A stretch of DNA of 64,000 bases from positions 1-64,000 of the forward strand of contig JBEKBM010000003.1 of the NCBI GenBank assembly GCA_050015395.1, read 5' to 3'. Position 1 is the first letter of the stretch. Every line of letters starts with the position of its first letter. Both the position numbers and the translations under genes were made by a program. This DNA comes from Candidatus Bathyarchaeia archaeon (GTDB taxonomy: Archaea; Thermoproteota; Bathyarchaeia; Bathyarchaeales; Bathycorpusculaceae). Shown here in pieces: positions 8,913-18,800 of the stretch. The notes beneath the pieces were generated by a model. That model did no database searches. It had not been told where the DNA came from and saw nothing but the letters and a program-made list of their open reading frames with translations.

Positions 8913-10148
8913 ATGGTTGCTATAGAGAAACCTAGGCTTGTAGTTTTCGACGTTGAAGGAGCGCTTATTCCAAAAAACCGCTTCTTTTTCGAAGTAGGAA
9001 AAAGCTTAGGCTTAATTAAGCTGATCAAGCTCCTTTTTTACGGTTTTCTCTATGAAGCAGGCATTTTAAAACTGGAATCAGTGTTGAAGCATATTTTTAA
9101 AGAATTAAATGGGGTTAAGCTTGAAACTTTAACTTTAATTTTTGGAAGAATTCCTTCAACGCCCTTTTTGAAAAACATTTTTTCTCAAATAAAAATGAGA
9201 AATTGCAAGATTGCTTTGATTAGTTCTGGGTTGCCAACAGTTATTGTTAAAAAATTAGCTAATGCAGTTGGTGCAGACTATGCCTATGGCATTGAAGTTG
9301 AAACCAAAGATGGCAAGTTAACTGGTAAAATCTGGGGCGACGCCATTGAGCCGAATGGGAAACTGAAAATTTTATCGCAAATTTTAACCACTGAAGGCTT
9401 ACGGTTAAGCGATTGCATCGTTGTCGCTGATGACAGAAACAACCGTTGCGTTTTTTTGCCTGGAATGTTGAAAATCGGTTTTAATCCCGATTTTGTTATA
9501 AGAGTTAAAGCTGACAGGGTAGTGAATGGCAAACTTTCTGCAATCTTGCCCATCATTGATGGGAAACCACATAAGCGTTCTTTTCCGTCAACGAACGATT
9601 TTGTAAGAGAAGATATTCATGCTTCTGGATTTTTTATGCCAGTTATCGCCAGTTTAATAGGTGTTCCCATAGTTGGCGCTTTAATTTTCACGATAGCATT
9701 GATATACACTATATCGGAACTTTGGCGTTTAGAAGGAAGAGAATTTTCATTCATTTCGGCGGTTACACGCCATGCTGCCTCTCAATCAGAATTGCGCGGC
9801 TTTGCAGCGGCGCCATTGTACTTTGCTTTCGGTATTTTGTTTACTTTGCTTGTGTTTCCTGCACCTGCAAGTTATGCCGCCGTTGCTATGTTTTGCTTAG
9901 GCGATAGCGTTGCTTCACTTTTTGGCGGTCTTATTTCTACGTCTTTACCATTTAACAAGGCGAAAACTTGGGAAGGTTCGCTGGCTGGTTTCTTTTTTGC
10001 GTTTTTAGCTGGCACGTTTTTTGTTTCGCCGTTATTGGCTTTTATTGGGGCAGCGATTGCTATGACCGTTGAGGTTCTTCCTTTACCAGTGAATGATAAT
10101 GTGCTGGTGCCAGTAATTACAGGAGCAGCGTTGACGCTGCTGATCTGA
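8913..10148 (+). CDS. Fusion of a HAD/SerB-like phosphatase and a polyprenol (dolichol/phytol) kinase-like domain
   Basis: N-terminal VVFDVEG, ISSG and VADDRNN HAD motifs; C-terminal multi-TM region with GDSVASLFG and KTWEGSLAG..DN (CTP-transferase/dolichol kinase signature). Confidence 0.75.
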   Translation: MVAIEKPRLVVFDVEGALIPKNRFFFEVGKSLGLIKLIKLLFYGFLYEAGILKLESVLKHIFKELNGVKLETLTLIFGRIPSTPFLKNIFSQIKMRNCKIALISSGLPTVIVKKLANAVGADYAYGIEVETKDGKLTGKIWGDAIEPNGKLKILSQILTTEGLRLSDCIVVADDRNNRCVFLPGMLKIGFNPDFVIRVKADRVVNGKLSAILPIIDGKPHKRSFPSTNDFVREDIHASGFFMPVIASLIGVPIVGALIFTIALIYTISELWRLEGREFSFISAVTRHAASQSELRGFAAAPLYFAFGILFTLLVFPAPASYAAVAMFCLGDSVASLFGGLISTSLPFNKAKTWEGSLAGFFFAFLAGTFFVSPLLAFIGAAIAMTVEVLPLPVNDNVLVPVITGAALTLLI

Positions 10149-10234
10149 TGCTTTGTATTTTCTGAAAAGAAGAAAAATACTTCATCATCATCAACAACAA
10201 AAGGAATTACTGCCTTAAGATAATCCTTGACAAA

Positions 10235-10489
10235 TTATTTCTTGTTTTGAGAATTGACCAGGCAAATTTTTTGCTGGTGGCTTAGCTTTTTTACTTCTTT
10301 TTCACGTTTAATCGCGTTGCTTCTTGAATCAAACAGTTCAAAGTACGCAAGCCTTTGCGGTTTGTGCGCTTTTGTGTATTTTGCGCCTTTGCCGTTTTGA
10401 TGCAGTTTTGTTCTTGCATCTAAGTCCTTGGTGTAACCTGTGTAGAAGCTTCCGTCACTGCATAGTAAAATGTAAACGTAAAATGACAT
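10235..10489 (-). CDS. GIY-YIG nuclease family protein (UPF0213-like)
   Basis: YVYIL..FYTGYT..R..H..GAKYT. Confidence 0.9.
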   Translation of the reverse strand: MSFYVYILLCSDGSFYTGYTKDLDARTKLHQNGKGAKYTKAHKPQRLAYFELFDSRSNAIKREKEVKKLSHQQKICLVNSQNKK

Positions 10490-10495
10490 TTTGTT

Positions 10496-11206
10496 TTATT
10501 GCTCCTCAGTTTGGGGCGGCAGGTAATCGTAAACGATGCCTTTTTGCATGGCTCTTTTGAGGTAAGCTTCAGGGTCGATTTCTTGGACTTTTGCCCAGTC
10601 AACGTCGATTATGTAGGTTTCCTGTATGCGTGCATTTCGTATTTCTTCAATGGTGACTGGCGGTTTATGGTAGTATGCGTCACAGAGCTTTTTTATCTGC
10701 ATTATTTCTTGGTCGGTTCGGTTTCTTGGAGGTTTAGCCAATGCACGGGGAAAAGGCAGAATATAGTGGGGTGGTACGCCTAACGCGAATTTTCCTGCAA
10801 AATTGCTGTACCTTATTATCTTGCTTGCCAACCTTGCAGTAGTGTAAGTTAATGGAGCCAAAGCGTTTTCAGGAGGAATATAACCAGTTTCTACTTCAAC
10901 GATTAGGTTTCCGTAGCCTTTTATGGCGTACAAATCACAGGTTAAAATTTCGTTTAACGGATATTCAAGTTGAACTTCGTAGCCTTTTTGGATTAGGTAT
11001 TTGGCGCAAACAAGTTCCATCACGGAATGGTTGATTTTTAAAATGTTTTCTTTTTGCAGCTTTACCAGCCAGTCTTTTAGCATGTTAAGTTTGTTTTCAG
11101 CTTCTTTTCCAGAATCCTTTGTAAGCCTTGATACTAGAACCGTTAAATCTTGCTCGAATTTTTGCCTGTTACTCATTTGCTGTTTCCTTGCCAATTGGTC
11201 TGGCAA
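10496..11206 (-). CDS. Hypothetical protein, possible PD-(D/E)xK-like fold
   Basis: 236-aa ORF with CDLYA..IVEVETG motif. Confidence 0.65.
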   Translation of the reverse strand: MPDQLARKQQMSNRQKFEQDLTVLVSRLTKDSGKEAENKLNMLKDWLVKLQKENILKINHSVMELVCAKYLIQKGYEVQLEYPLNEILTCDLYAIKGYGNLIVEVETGYIPPENALAPLTYTTARLASKIIRYSNFAGKFALGVPPHYILPFPRALAKPPRNRTDQEIMQIKKLCDAYYHKPPVTIEEIRNARIQETYIIDVDWAKVQEIDPEAYLKRAMQKGIVYDYLPPQTEEQ

Positions 11207-11558
11207 CCATTAACCTATTGGTTTTAGAATATATAAAGCCAGAAAACGTTTAGCGACCAACTATTCTTAGAACAGTTGTCAACATTAACTAATCGGCTTA
11301 GTGGGTCTCTCGCGATGCATCAACAGGGGTAATCTTTGCGGTTTAGTTAACGGCTGGCTGACTTTGCTGGTTGCTTTAGGCTTAGACTCAACTTGGCACT
11401 TTTTACGTGTAGAAGTAGTCAGTAAATAGTAGTCCCCCCTCCCCTGTTTGTTGCGTTTGTTTTGGGTTGGTTTTTTGGTTTAGGGTTTGAATTGGGTTTA
11501 GTTGCGGTGGAAAAAGGCGTAAAAAGGCAGGGGTTTACGGGATTCGAGTGCGGATGAT

Positions 11559-11744
11559 TTAAGGTTTTAAGGTAGCGAGAACTAGCCTTGTAGAGTTAAC
11601 ATCAACCTCAACAATCTTGCAATTTTTAAACTCTTTACCTTCACCCAAAATATTCTTGACTACTACATTGTCGCCTTCAACTTTAACGTAAATAACATCC
11701 TTGAATTCCACTTTTCCGTTTAAGATTATGTCGAATTCACACAT
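11559..11744 (-). CDS. CooT-family small nickel-binding protein
   Basis: MCE N-terminus, DV..V..EG..V..NILGE pattern, 61 aa. Confidence 0.7.
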   Translation of the reverse strand: MCEFDIILNGKVEFKDVIYVKVEGDNVVVKNILGEGKEFKNCKIVEVDVNSTRLVLATLKP

Positions 11745-11993
11745 AAGGTTTCACTACATTGGAAAAAGGAATTCTGGGTTATAAGTGCTTTTATCAACAC
11801 ACCTAATTAGTCAGGGAAAATCTTAGTGCTCTGTAGCCGTCTTTATTCTCCCTTCTTGGAAATCAAGTTGTAGGTTGGCTTTGGTAAGTTAATTATTGAC
11901 AAAAAGTTGTAAACAAATGAGACTGACACCGTAAACCTTTTATTTGTACAATGGTCTACCTTTAAGGAACGTGGAATTTCAAGAGGAATTAAG

Positions 11994-12044
11994 ATGAGGG
12001 ATCGTCACCTCAATAGCTGGAATCGTCGGGTACTTATTCTTTGA
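11994..12044 (+). CDS. Putative leader peptide of the ilv-leu operon (MRDRHLNSWNRRVLIL)
   Basis: GAGG about 8 nt before ATG; last four codons are Val-Leu-Ile-Leu; ends 96 nt upstream of ilvB; followed by TTTTT and a potential stem. Confidence 0.6.
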   Translation: MRDRHLNSWNRRVLIL

Positions 12045-12140
12045 TTTTTCCAGGGAACTCTCTGAAACAGCCATTGAAAAATTTTCAAACCGATCTTTCT
12101 GCAGACGAGAGTATAGTTATCAAAAAGGAGAAGCAATGAA

Positions 12141-13847
12141 ATGACTAAAATGTCTGGTGCAAAGGCACTGTTAGAATCCCTTGAACGACAAAATGTGGAC
12201 GTCATATTCGGCATCTTAGGCGGAGCAATACTGCCTGTCTACGATGCATTATGTGGCAACACAAAAATTAGGCACATTCTCAGCAGACATGAGCAAGGAG
12301 CAGCACACGCAGCCGAAGGCTATGCCAGAGCCAGCGGACGAGCAGGAGTGTGCATGGCAACCTCAGGACCAGGAGCCACTAACTTAGTCACTGGAATAGC
12401 AAACGCGTACATGGATTCCTCACCAGTAATAGCTTTAACAGGGCAGGTTCCTTCGACGGGCGTTAACACTTCTTACATGATTGGCAGAGACGCATTTCAA
12501 GAAGCAGACATCATCGGCATCACTACACCAATCACCAAGTACAATTGTCAACCGCGAACAGTCGCTGAAATCCCAATAGCCGTTAACACTGCCTTCCACA
12601 TAGCAACCACAGGCAGACCAGGACCAGTCCTAATTGACTTACCAAAGGACGTGCAAGCTGGAACCGCCGATGTTGAATTCACAAACAAAATTGATGCCCG
12701 AGGATACAAACCCGTAATCGAGCCAGATTTAGCAAAAATCAGCGAAGCTGTCAATTTGCTTGCAAAAGCTGAGAAACCAATCATACTGGCAGGAGGCGGA
12801 GTCATAATCTCCAACGCGTCAGATGAACTTATGCAAATGTCAGATTTGCTGATGGCGCCAGTAGCCACAACTTTGATGGGCAAAGGTGCCTTCCCTGAAG
12901 GTCATCCCTTATCAGTTGGAAGCATCGGAATGCATGGAAACCCAGCGGCAAACAAGCTAATGGGTGAAGCTGACGTGCTGTTGGCTGTTGGAACAAGATT
13001 CTCTGACCGCGCAACAGCAAACTTGGACACTTTCTGCGCCAACGCCAAAAAGATTCACATTGACATTGACGCCGCAGAAATTGGAAAAAACATCGAAGTC
13101 GACGTGCCCATAGTTGGCGACGCCAAAACCTCTATGAAACTATTACATGCTGCCTTAACGAAGAAACTGCGCAAAAACGAAAGCAGCACTTGGACAAAAC
13201 GAGTTAAAGAAGCCAAAGAACAACTAAGCCCACTGCTAAAAGAGATGCCTAAAGACCTGTTACCAAAAGCGTTATTGACGGAGCTTAGAAGACTACTGCC
13301 TGAAAATACCATAGTCACCACAGAAGTCGGCCAAAATCAAATGTGGTCAGCTCTATACTTTAAAGCATTAAAGCCGAGAACGTTCATTAGCTCGGGCGGG
13401 TTGGGAACAATGGGTTTCGGTTTTCCAGCAGCGCTAGGAGCGAAAGTTGCCTGTCCAGACAGGCCTGTAGTGGACATAGCGGGCGACGGCAGTTTCTTAA
13501 TGACTGAACAAGAACTCGCGTGCTCTGTAACGGAGAACATCCCTGTCACAGTCATAGTGCTGAACAATTCGGTGTTAGGGATGGTTGCGCAGTGGCAAAG
13601 AATGCTCTACAAACGCCGCTATATGGCAGTTAACTTGGGAAATACACCTGACTTTGTGAAGCTGGCAGAGGCTTACGGAGCACAAGGCTTCCGAGCAAGG
13701 TCAATGGAAGAATTCCAAAAAGCCGTAAAAACCGCGCTAAACAGTAAAGTTACAACTGTAATCGACGTGCCTATCGGCTCAGAGCAGGACGTTGTGCCCT
13801 TTGTGCCTCCAGGCTGCGGTTTACCACAACAGAGAGGTGACTACTAA
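12141..13847 (+). CDS. ilvB: Acetolactate synthase large subunit
   Basis: RHEQGAAHAAEGYARA, SGPGATN, GDGSFLM..NN ThDP motif. Confidence 0.96.
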   Translation: MTKMSGAKALLESLERQNVDVIFGILGGAILPVYDALCGNTKIRHILSRHEQGAAHAAEGYARASGRAGVCMATSGPGATNLVTGIANAYMDSSPVIALTGQVPSTGVNTSYMIGRDAFQEADIIGITTPITKYNCQPRTVAEIPIAVNTAFHIATTGRPGPVLIDLPKDVQAGTADVEFTNKIDARGYKPVIEPDLAKISEAVNLLAKAEKPIILAGGGVIISNASDELMQMSDLLMAPVATTLMGKGAFPEGHPLSVGSIGMHGNPAANKLMGEADVLLAVGTRFSDRATANLDTFCANAKKIHIDIDAAEIGKNIEVDVPIVGDAKTSMKLLHAALTKKLRKNESSTWTKRVKEAKEQLSPLLKEMPKDLLPKALLTELRRLLPENTIVTTEVGQNQMWSALYFKALKPRTFISSGGLGTMGFGFPAALGAKVACPDRPVVDIAGDGSFLMTEQELACSVTENIPVTVIVLNNSVLGMVAQWQRMLYKRRYMAVNLGNTPDFVKLAEAYGAQGFRARSMEEFQKAVKTALNSKVTTVIDVPIGSEQDVVPFVPPGCGLPQQRGDY

Positions 13848-14360
13848 ATGGAAGTTGAAAAAACAAAAATAATCTCCGTACTTGTCGAAAATAAGCCAGG
13901 TGTACTCCACGGAGTATCCAACCTGTTCCGACGCAGAAACTTTAACATTGAAAGCATCACCGTCGGTCCCACTGAAAAGAAAGACTTAGCACGCATGACA
14001 ATAACAGTCAACGAAGATGAAAAAACAATCGAACAAGTCATCAAGCAACTGGCAAAGCTCATTGATGTACTTAAAGTCGAGGAGCTAGAGCATGGAAACT
14101 TTGTCATGCGGGAACTGGCTTTGATAAAAGTTAGCGTGCCAAGCCCCAAAGAACGCTCCGACATCATAAACTGCGTAGAAGTCTTCAGAGGACGAATCAT
14201 AGACGTTTCAACCGACAGCTTAACCGTAGAAATCACAGGAACACCCGACAAAATCGACGCATTCCTAAACCTGATGAAAACGTCCGGCGTCATTGAACTT
14301 GCAAGAACAGGCATAACCGCACTGGCACGAGGAGCAAAATCAATAAGAATCGACGAATAA
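13848..14360 (+). CDS. ilvN: Acetolactate synthase regulatory subunit
   Basis: ENKPGVL..FRRRNFNIESITVG, ELARTG. Confidence 0.95.
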   Translation: MEVEKTKIISVLVENKPGVLHGVSNLFRRRNFNIESITVGPTEKKDLARMTITVNEDEKTIEQVIKQLAKLIDVLKVEELEHGNFVMRELALIKVSVPSPKERSDIINCVEVFRGRIIDVSTDSLTVEITGTPDKIDAFLNLMKTSGVIELARTGITALARGAKSIRIDE

Positions 14361-14466
14361 ATCGTCTCTCCGAACGGAAACCCTTAACTTTCAGTTTCTC
14401 AAAAATGAGAAATCTCAAAGCACTTAATGCAAATAAAAAGATAATTGTAACAGAAGCGAAAAAAAC

Positions 14467-15738
14467 ATGAATATAACAGAAAAAATATTGGCTAAAGCCT
14501 CAGGAAAACAAGTCGTACATCCAGGAGAAATTGTGGATGCAAACGTAGACATGATAATGGTACACGATTTAACTGGACCTTTAGCCGTTGAAGCCTTCAA
14601 AAAAATAGGCGTACAAAAAGTTTGGGATAACCAAAAAGTAGTGGTGATTCTGGACCACCAGGTGCCGGCTGAGTCCGTTAAAGCGGCAGAACTGCACAAG
14701 ACCATGCGCCAATTCGCCAAAGACCAAAAACTACGCATATACGACATAGGCAGAGGCGGAATCTGCCACCAAGTCATGCCTGAAAAAGGGCATGTGGTTC
14801 CTGGAACAGTAATCGTAGGCGCTGATTCCCACACTTGCACCTACGGAGCCTTCGGCGCTTTCGCAACAGGAATAGGCTCAACTGAAGCAGCAGCAGTCTT
14901 TGCTACTGGAAAGATTTGGCTGAAGGTGCCTGAAGCGATTAAAGTAAACGTAACTGGGCAATTCCAAAAGTACGTTACACCAAAAGACCTAATCCTATCA
15001 ATAATTGGACGCGTGAGAGTTGACGGCGCCATATACAAAAGCGCTGAATTCACTGGTCCAACAATAAAAAACATGAGCATAGCAGGAAGAATGACGCTGT
15101 GCAATATGGCTGTGGAAATGGGCGCCAAAAACGGCATCATCGAACCAGATGAAACAACTCGCAAGTTCCTAGAAGGCAGAACCAGCAAAACATTGCCCAA
15201 CTTTGAATCATTGAAAAGCGACAAAGACGCAGTTTACGAGAAAACAGTGGAATTTGACGTCTCAAAGATGGAGCCACAAGTTGCATGCCCATCATCAGTT
15301 GACAACGTTAAGCCTGTTTCAGAAGTAGGCAACGTTCCAATCGAGCAGGCGTTTATTGGTTCATGCACCAACGGCAGAATTGAAGATTTACGCTTAGCCG
15401 CTCAAGTCCTAAAGGGCAAACGCGTAAAAGACAATGTTAGAACACTGGTAATTCCAGCTTCACAAGAAGTTTACAAACAAGCGTTAAACGAAGGCTTATT
15501 GGAAATTTTCACTGATGCAGGCGCAATAGTTTGCGGTTCGGCGTGCGGTCCATGCCTAGGCGGGCACATAGGATTATTAGCGTCAGGCGAAGTTTGCGTA
15601 AGCACTTCAAATAGGAACTTTATCGGAAGAATGGGCAGCGCCCAAGCCAGCGTATACTTGGCTTCTCCAGCAACGGTAGCTGCTTCAGCAGTCACAGGCA
15701 AAATCACTGACCCCAGAAAACTGGAGGTAAAAGCATGA
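14467..15738 (+). CDS. leuC: 3-isopropylmalate dehydratase large subunit (LeuC/HacA family)
   Basis: GADSHTCT, GSCTNGR, CGPCLG, STSNRNF. Confidence 0.92.
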   Translation: MNITEKILAKASGKQVVHPGEIVDANVDMIMVHDLTGPLAVEAFKKIGVQKVWDNQKVVVILDHQVPAESVKAAELHKTMRQFAKDQKLRIYDIGRGGICHQVMPEKGHVVPGTVIVGADSHTCTYGAFGAFATGIGSTEAAAVFATGKIWLKVPEAIKVNVTGQFQKYVTPKDLILSIIGRVRVDGAIYKSAEFTGPTIKNMSIAGRMTLCNMAVEMGAKNGIIEPDETTRKFLEGRTSKTLPNFESLKSDKDAVYEKTVEFDVSKMEPQVACPSSVDNVKPVSEVGNVPIEQAFIGSCTNGRIEDLRLAAQVLKGKRVKDNVRTLVIPASQEVYKQALNEGLLEIFTDAGAIVCGSACGPCLGGHIGLLASGEVCVSTSNRNFIGRMGSAQASVYLASPATVAASAVTGKITDPRKLEVKA

Positions 15739-16238
15739 ATATGAAAATCAAAGGTCCAGCAATAAAATTCGGAAACAACATTGACACAGACGTTATTCTG
15801 CCTGGAAAATACCTGGTGTTGGTTGACCCTTACGAGTTAGCAAAACATGCCCTGGAAAGCTTGGACCCAGCGTTTCCTGAAAAAGCAAAAAATGGCGTAA
15901 TTGTAGTGGGCGGCAAAAACTTCGGATGCGGCTCAAGCCGGGAACAAGCGCCACTAGCCCTAAAATACGCAGGCGTAAAATGCGTGTTAGCAGAATCTTT
16001 CGCGCGGATTTTCTTTCGAAACGCCATTAACATTGGATTACCAGTAATCGAGTGCAAAGGCATATCGGCTGCTGTCGAAACAGGTGACGAAATAGCCGTG
16101 GACGTTGAAGCTGGCAAGATAGAAAACATTTCAAGAGGCAAAAAGTTTCAAGTAGACAAGCTCCCACCATTCATAATTGAAATATTAGCGGATGGCGGAT
16201 TAATCGAAAACCTAAGAAGGAGACTAAACAAAAAATGA
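15735..16238 (+). CDS. leuD: 3-isopropylmalate dehydratase small subunit
   Basis: NIDTDVILPGKYLV (YLV is the IPMI-type loop), NFGCGSSREQAP. Confidence 0.92.
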   Translation: MNMKIKGPAIKFGNNIDTDVILPGKYLVLVDPYELAKHALESLDPAFPEKAKNGVIVVGGKNFGCGSSREQAPLALKYAGVKCVLAESFARIFFRNAINIGLPVIECKGISAAVETGDEIAVDVEAGKIENISRGKKFQVDKLPPFIIEILADGGLIENLRRRLNKK

Positions 16239-17272
16239 CAGAATACAAAATATCCCTAATCCCAGGCGACGGCATAGGACCAGAATTAACTGAAGCAACC
16301 CTAAAAGTCCTAGACTCAGCACAGAAAAAATTCGGATTAAAACTCAAAATTATTGAGGCTGAAGCGGGCGACGCAACCTTAGCCAAAAGAGGCGCCGCAC
16401 TACCCGAAGACACAGTGCAAAAAATCAAAGAATCCCACGCTTGCCTAAAGGGTCCCGTAGGCGAAAGCGCAGCTGACGTCATAGTTAAACTCAGATTAAT
16501 GTTCGATTTGTACGCTAATTTACGTCCATTAAAGGCTTACCCCAACGTTCCTGTTGCTCGACCCGACATTGACATGATGTTTGTTAGGGAGAACACTGAG
16601 GATGTTTACAAAGGCTTAGAATTCACCATTGGCAACGACACAACTCTGTGCCTAAGAGTAATTACCCGAAAGAATTGTGAACGCATAGCAAAAAAAGCTT
16701 TCGAAATTGCACGTTTACGCAATGGCAAAAAGAGGGTAACCGCCATACACAAAGCCAACGTTATGCGCGTAACCGACGGATTATTCGCTAGCATATGCCG
16801 CGAAACAGCGAAACAATACCCGGACATCGCTTTCAACGAATTATATGTGGATGCTGCATCAATGCGTCTGATAAAAGAGCCCCAAGTATTTGATGTGCTA
16901 TGCACGTGCAACATGTTTGGCGATATCCTCTCCGATGAAGCAGCCCAACTTATCGGCGGATTAGGCATGGCTCCAGGCGCAAACATAGGCGACAACTTTG
17001 CACTCTTCGAACCCATACATGGTTCAGCACCAAACAGAGCAGGAAAACACACGGCAAACCCAATCTCCATGATACTATCCGCAAAAATGATGCTGGACTG
17101 GCTTGGCGAAAAATACAATGACAAAAAATGCATACAAGCGGGAAAATCAATAGAGAACGGAGTAGTACACGCATTACGTAACGGTCAAACTGTTCCAGAC
17201 TGCGGCGGCAACACCACGACCGTGGGAATGGCAGAAGCCATTGCTGCAGCCCTAACAGTGAAAACTGGTTGA
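16235..17272 (+). CDS. leuB: 3-isopropylmalate/(homo)isocitrate dehydrogenase family
   Basis: GDGIGPE, RENTE, NMFGDILSD, FEPIHGSAP. Confidence 0.85.
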   Translation: MTEYKISLIPGDGIGPELTEATLKVLDSAQKKFGLKLKIIEAEAGDATLAKRGAALPEDTVQKIKESHACLKGPVGESAADVIVKLRLMFDLYANLRPLKAYPNVPVARPDIDMMFVRENTEDVYKGLEFTIGNDTTLCLRVITRKNCERIAKKAFEIARLRNGKKRVTAIHKANVMRVTDGLFASICRETAKQYPDIAFNELYVDAASMRLIKEPQVFDVLCTCNMFGDILSDEAAQLIGGLGMAPGANIGDNFALFEPIHGSAPNRAGKHTANPISMILSAKMMLDWLGEKYNDKKCIQAGKSIENGVVHALRNGQTVPDCGGNTTTVGMAEAIAAALTVKTG

Positions 17273-17276
17273 AAAA

Positions 17277-18800
17277 ATGACAAATAAAACCTCAAAACGT
17301 ATCCGTATTTTTGACACTACCCTAAGAGATGGTGAACAAACACCCGGCGTATCTTTAACCGCCGACGACAAGATTGAGATTGCACGCCAACTAAGCAAGC
17401 TAGGCGTCGACGTTATCGAAGCAGGTTTTCCAAGCTCTTCAGAAGGCGAAAAAAAAGTTGTCAAAGAGATTGCAAAAGCTGGGTTAGAACCAGAAATCTG
17501 CGCTCTGTCCAGAGCAACAAAAGGCGATATTGATGCAGCAATCGATTGTGACGTTGATTTAATTCATGTTTTTATTCCTACGTCGCCTGTGCAAATGAAG
17601 TACGCCGTGAACTTAACGCCTGAACAAGTGCTGTCTTCAACCGTGGAATCTATTGAGTACGTTAAGAAGCATGGTTTCAAATGCGAGTTTTCGCCAATGG
17701 ATGCCACGCGCTCAGAAATGGTCTTCTTAAAACAAGTTTGCCAAGCAGCAGAGAAAGCAGGAATGGACAGCCTAAACGTTCCTGATACCGTGGGCATAAT
17801 GATTCCTAAAACAACCATCAAACTCATTGAGAAACTAAAAAATGTAGTTAACGTTCCCATTAGCACACATTGCCACGACGATTTTGGCTTGGCAGTTGCA
17901 AACTCCTTAGCCGCAGTTGAAGCCGGCGCTACTCAGGTGCACGTTGCTGTCAACGGGTTAGGTGAGCGTGCTGGTAACGCTTCGCTTGAAGAAGTGGTTA
18001 TGGCTTTGCATCTGATTTACAAGTACAAGACAGGCGTGAACACACGGTTATTATACGGCACTTCCAGACTGGTTTCATCGTTGACCGGCATATCTGTGCA
18101 AGCTAACAAGGCAATTGTGGGCGAAAACGCTTTTGCACATGAGTCAGGCATTCATACTCGTGGAGTAACGGAGAAGCCATTAACTTTTGAGCCAATAGAC
18201 CCAGAGTTGGTCGGGCGCACAAGAAAATTAGTTGCAGGGAAACTAGCTGGAACACGCGGCATAAAAGCTGAACTGGAAGAGATAGGCATCCACCCAAGCG
18301 AAGAGCAAATAAAAGAAATTGTCCAACGCGTCAAAGAGTTAGGCGACAAGGGCAAGATGGTGACGGATGCTGATTTATTTGCGTTAACCTCTGCAGTTAT
18401 GGGTGAAGTGATAGGTGAAGAAAAAATTGTTGACTTATGCGACCTAGCCGTCGTAACAGGCATCAAAGTAATTCCGACCGCTTCAGTCCGGCTAGTTTTG
18501 GATGGAAAAGAGTATATTGCGGCAGAAACAGGTGTAGGCCCAGTTGACGCTGTTTTAAAAGCCATCCAAAAACTAACTAATAACCTGGAAAATATACGGC
18601 TCAGCGAATATCGTCTTGAAGCAATCACAGGCGGCTCAAACGCCGTAGCAGAGGTCGTCATTAAAGTAGAGGACGAAAAAGGCAACATCGTTTCAGCACG
18701 TGCAGCCAGAGAAGACATCGTTATGGCAAGCGTTGAAGCAATGATAAACGGTATAAACAAGCTCTTGCTAAAGAATCGTAAGCAGGGAAACAAAAAGTGA
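17277..18800 (+). CDS. leuA: 2-isopropylmalate (or citramalate) synthase with regulatory domain
   Basis: DTTLRDGEQ, HCHDDFG, GERAGN, FAHESGIH, GVGPVDA; cannot exclude CimA. Confidence 0.8.
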   Translation: MTNKTSKRIRIFDTTLRDGEQTPGVSLTADDKIEIARQLSKLGVDVIEAGFPSSSEGEKKVVKEIAKAGLEPEICALSRATKGDIDAAIDCDVDLIHVFIPTSPVQMKYAVNLTPEQVLSSTVESIEYVKKHGFKCEFSPMDATRSEMVFLKQVCQAAEKAGMDSLNVPDTVGIMIPKTTIKLIEKLKNVVNVPISTHCHDDFGLAVANSLAAVEAGATQVHVAVNGLGERAGNASLEEVVMALHLIYKYKTGVNTRLLYGTSRLVSSLTGISVQANKAIVGENAFAHESGIHTRGVTEKPLTFEPIDPELVGRTRKLVAGKLAGTRGIKAELEEIGIHPSEEQIKEIVQRVKELGDKGKMVTDADLFALTSAVMGEVIGEEKIVDLCDLAVVTGIKVIPTASVRLVLDGKEYIAAETGVGPVDAVLKAIQKLTNNLENIRLSEYRLEAITGGSNAVAEVVIKVEDEKGNIVSARAAREDIVMASVEAMINGINKLLLKNRKQGNKK

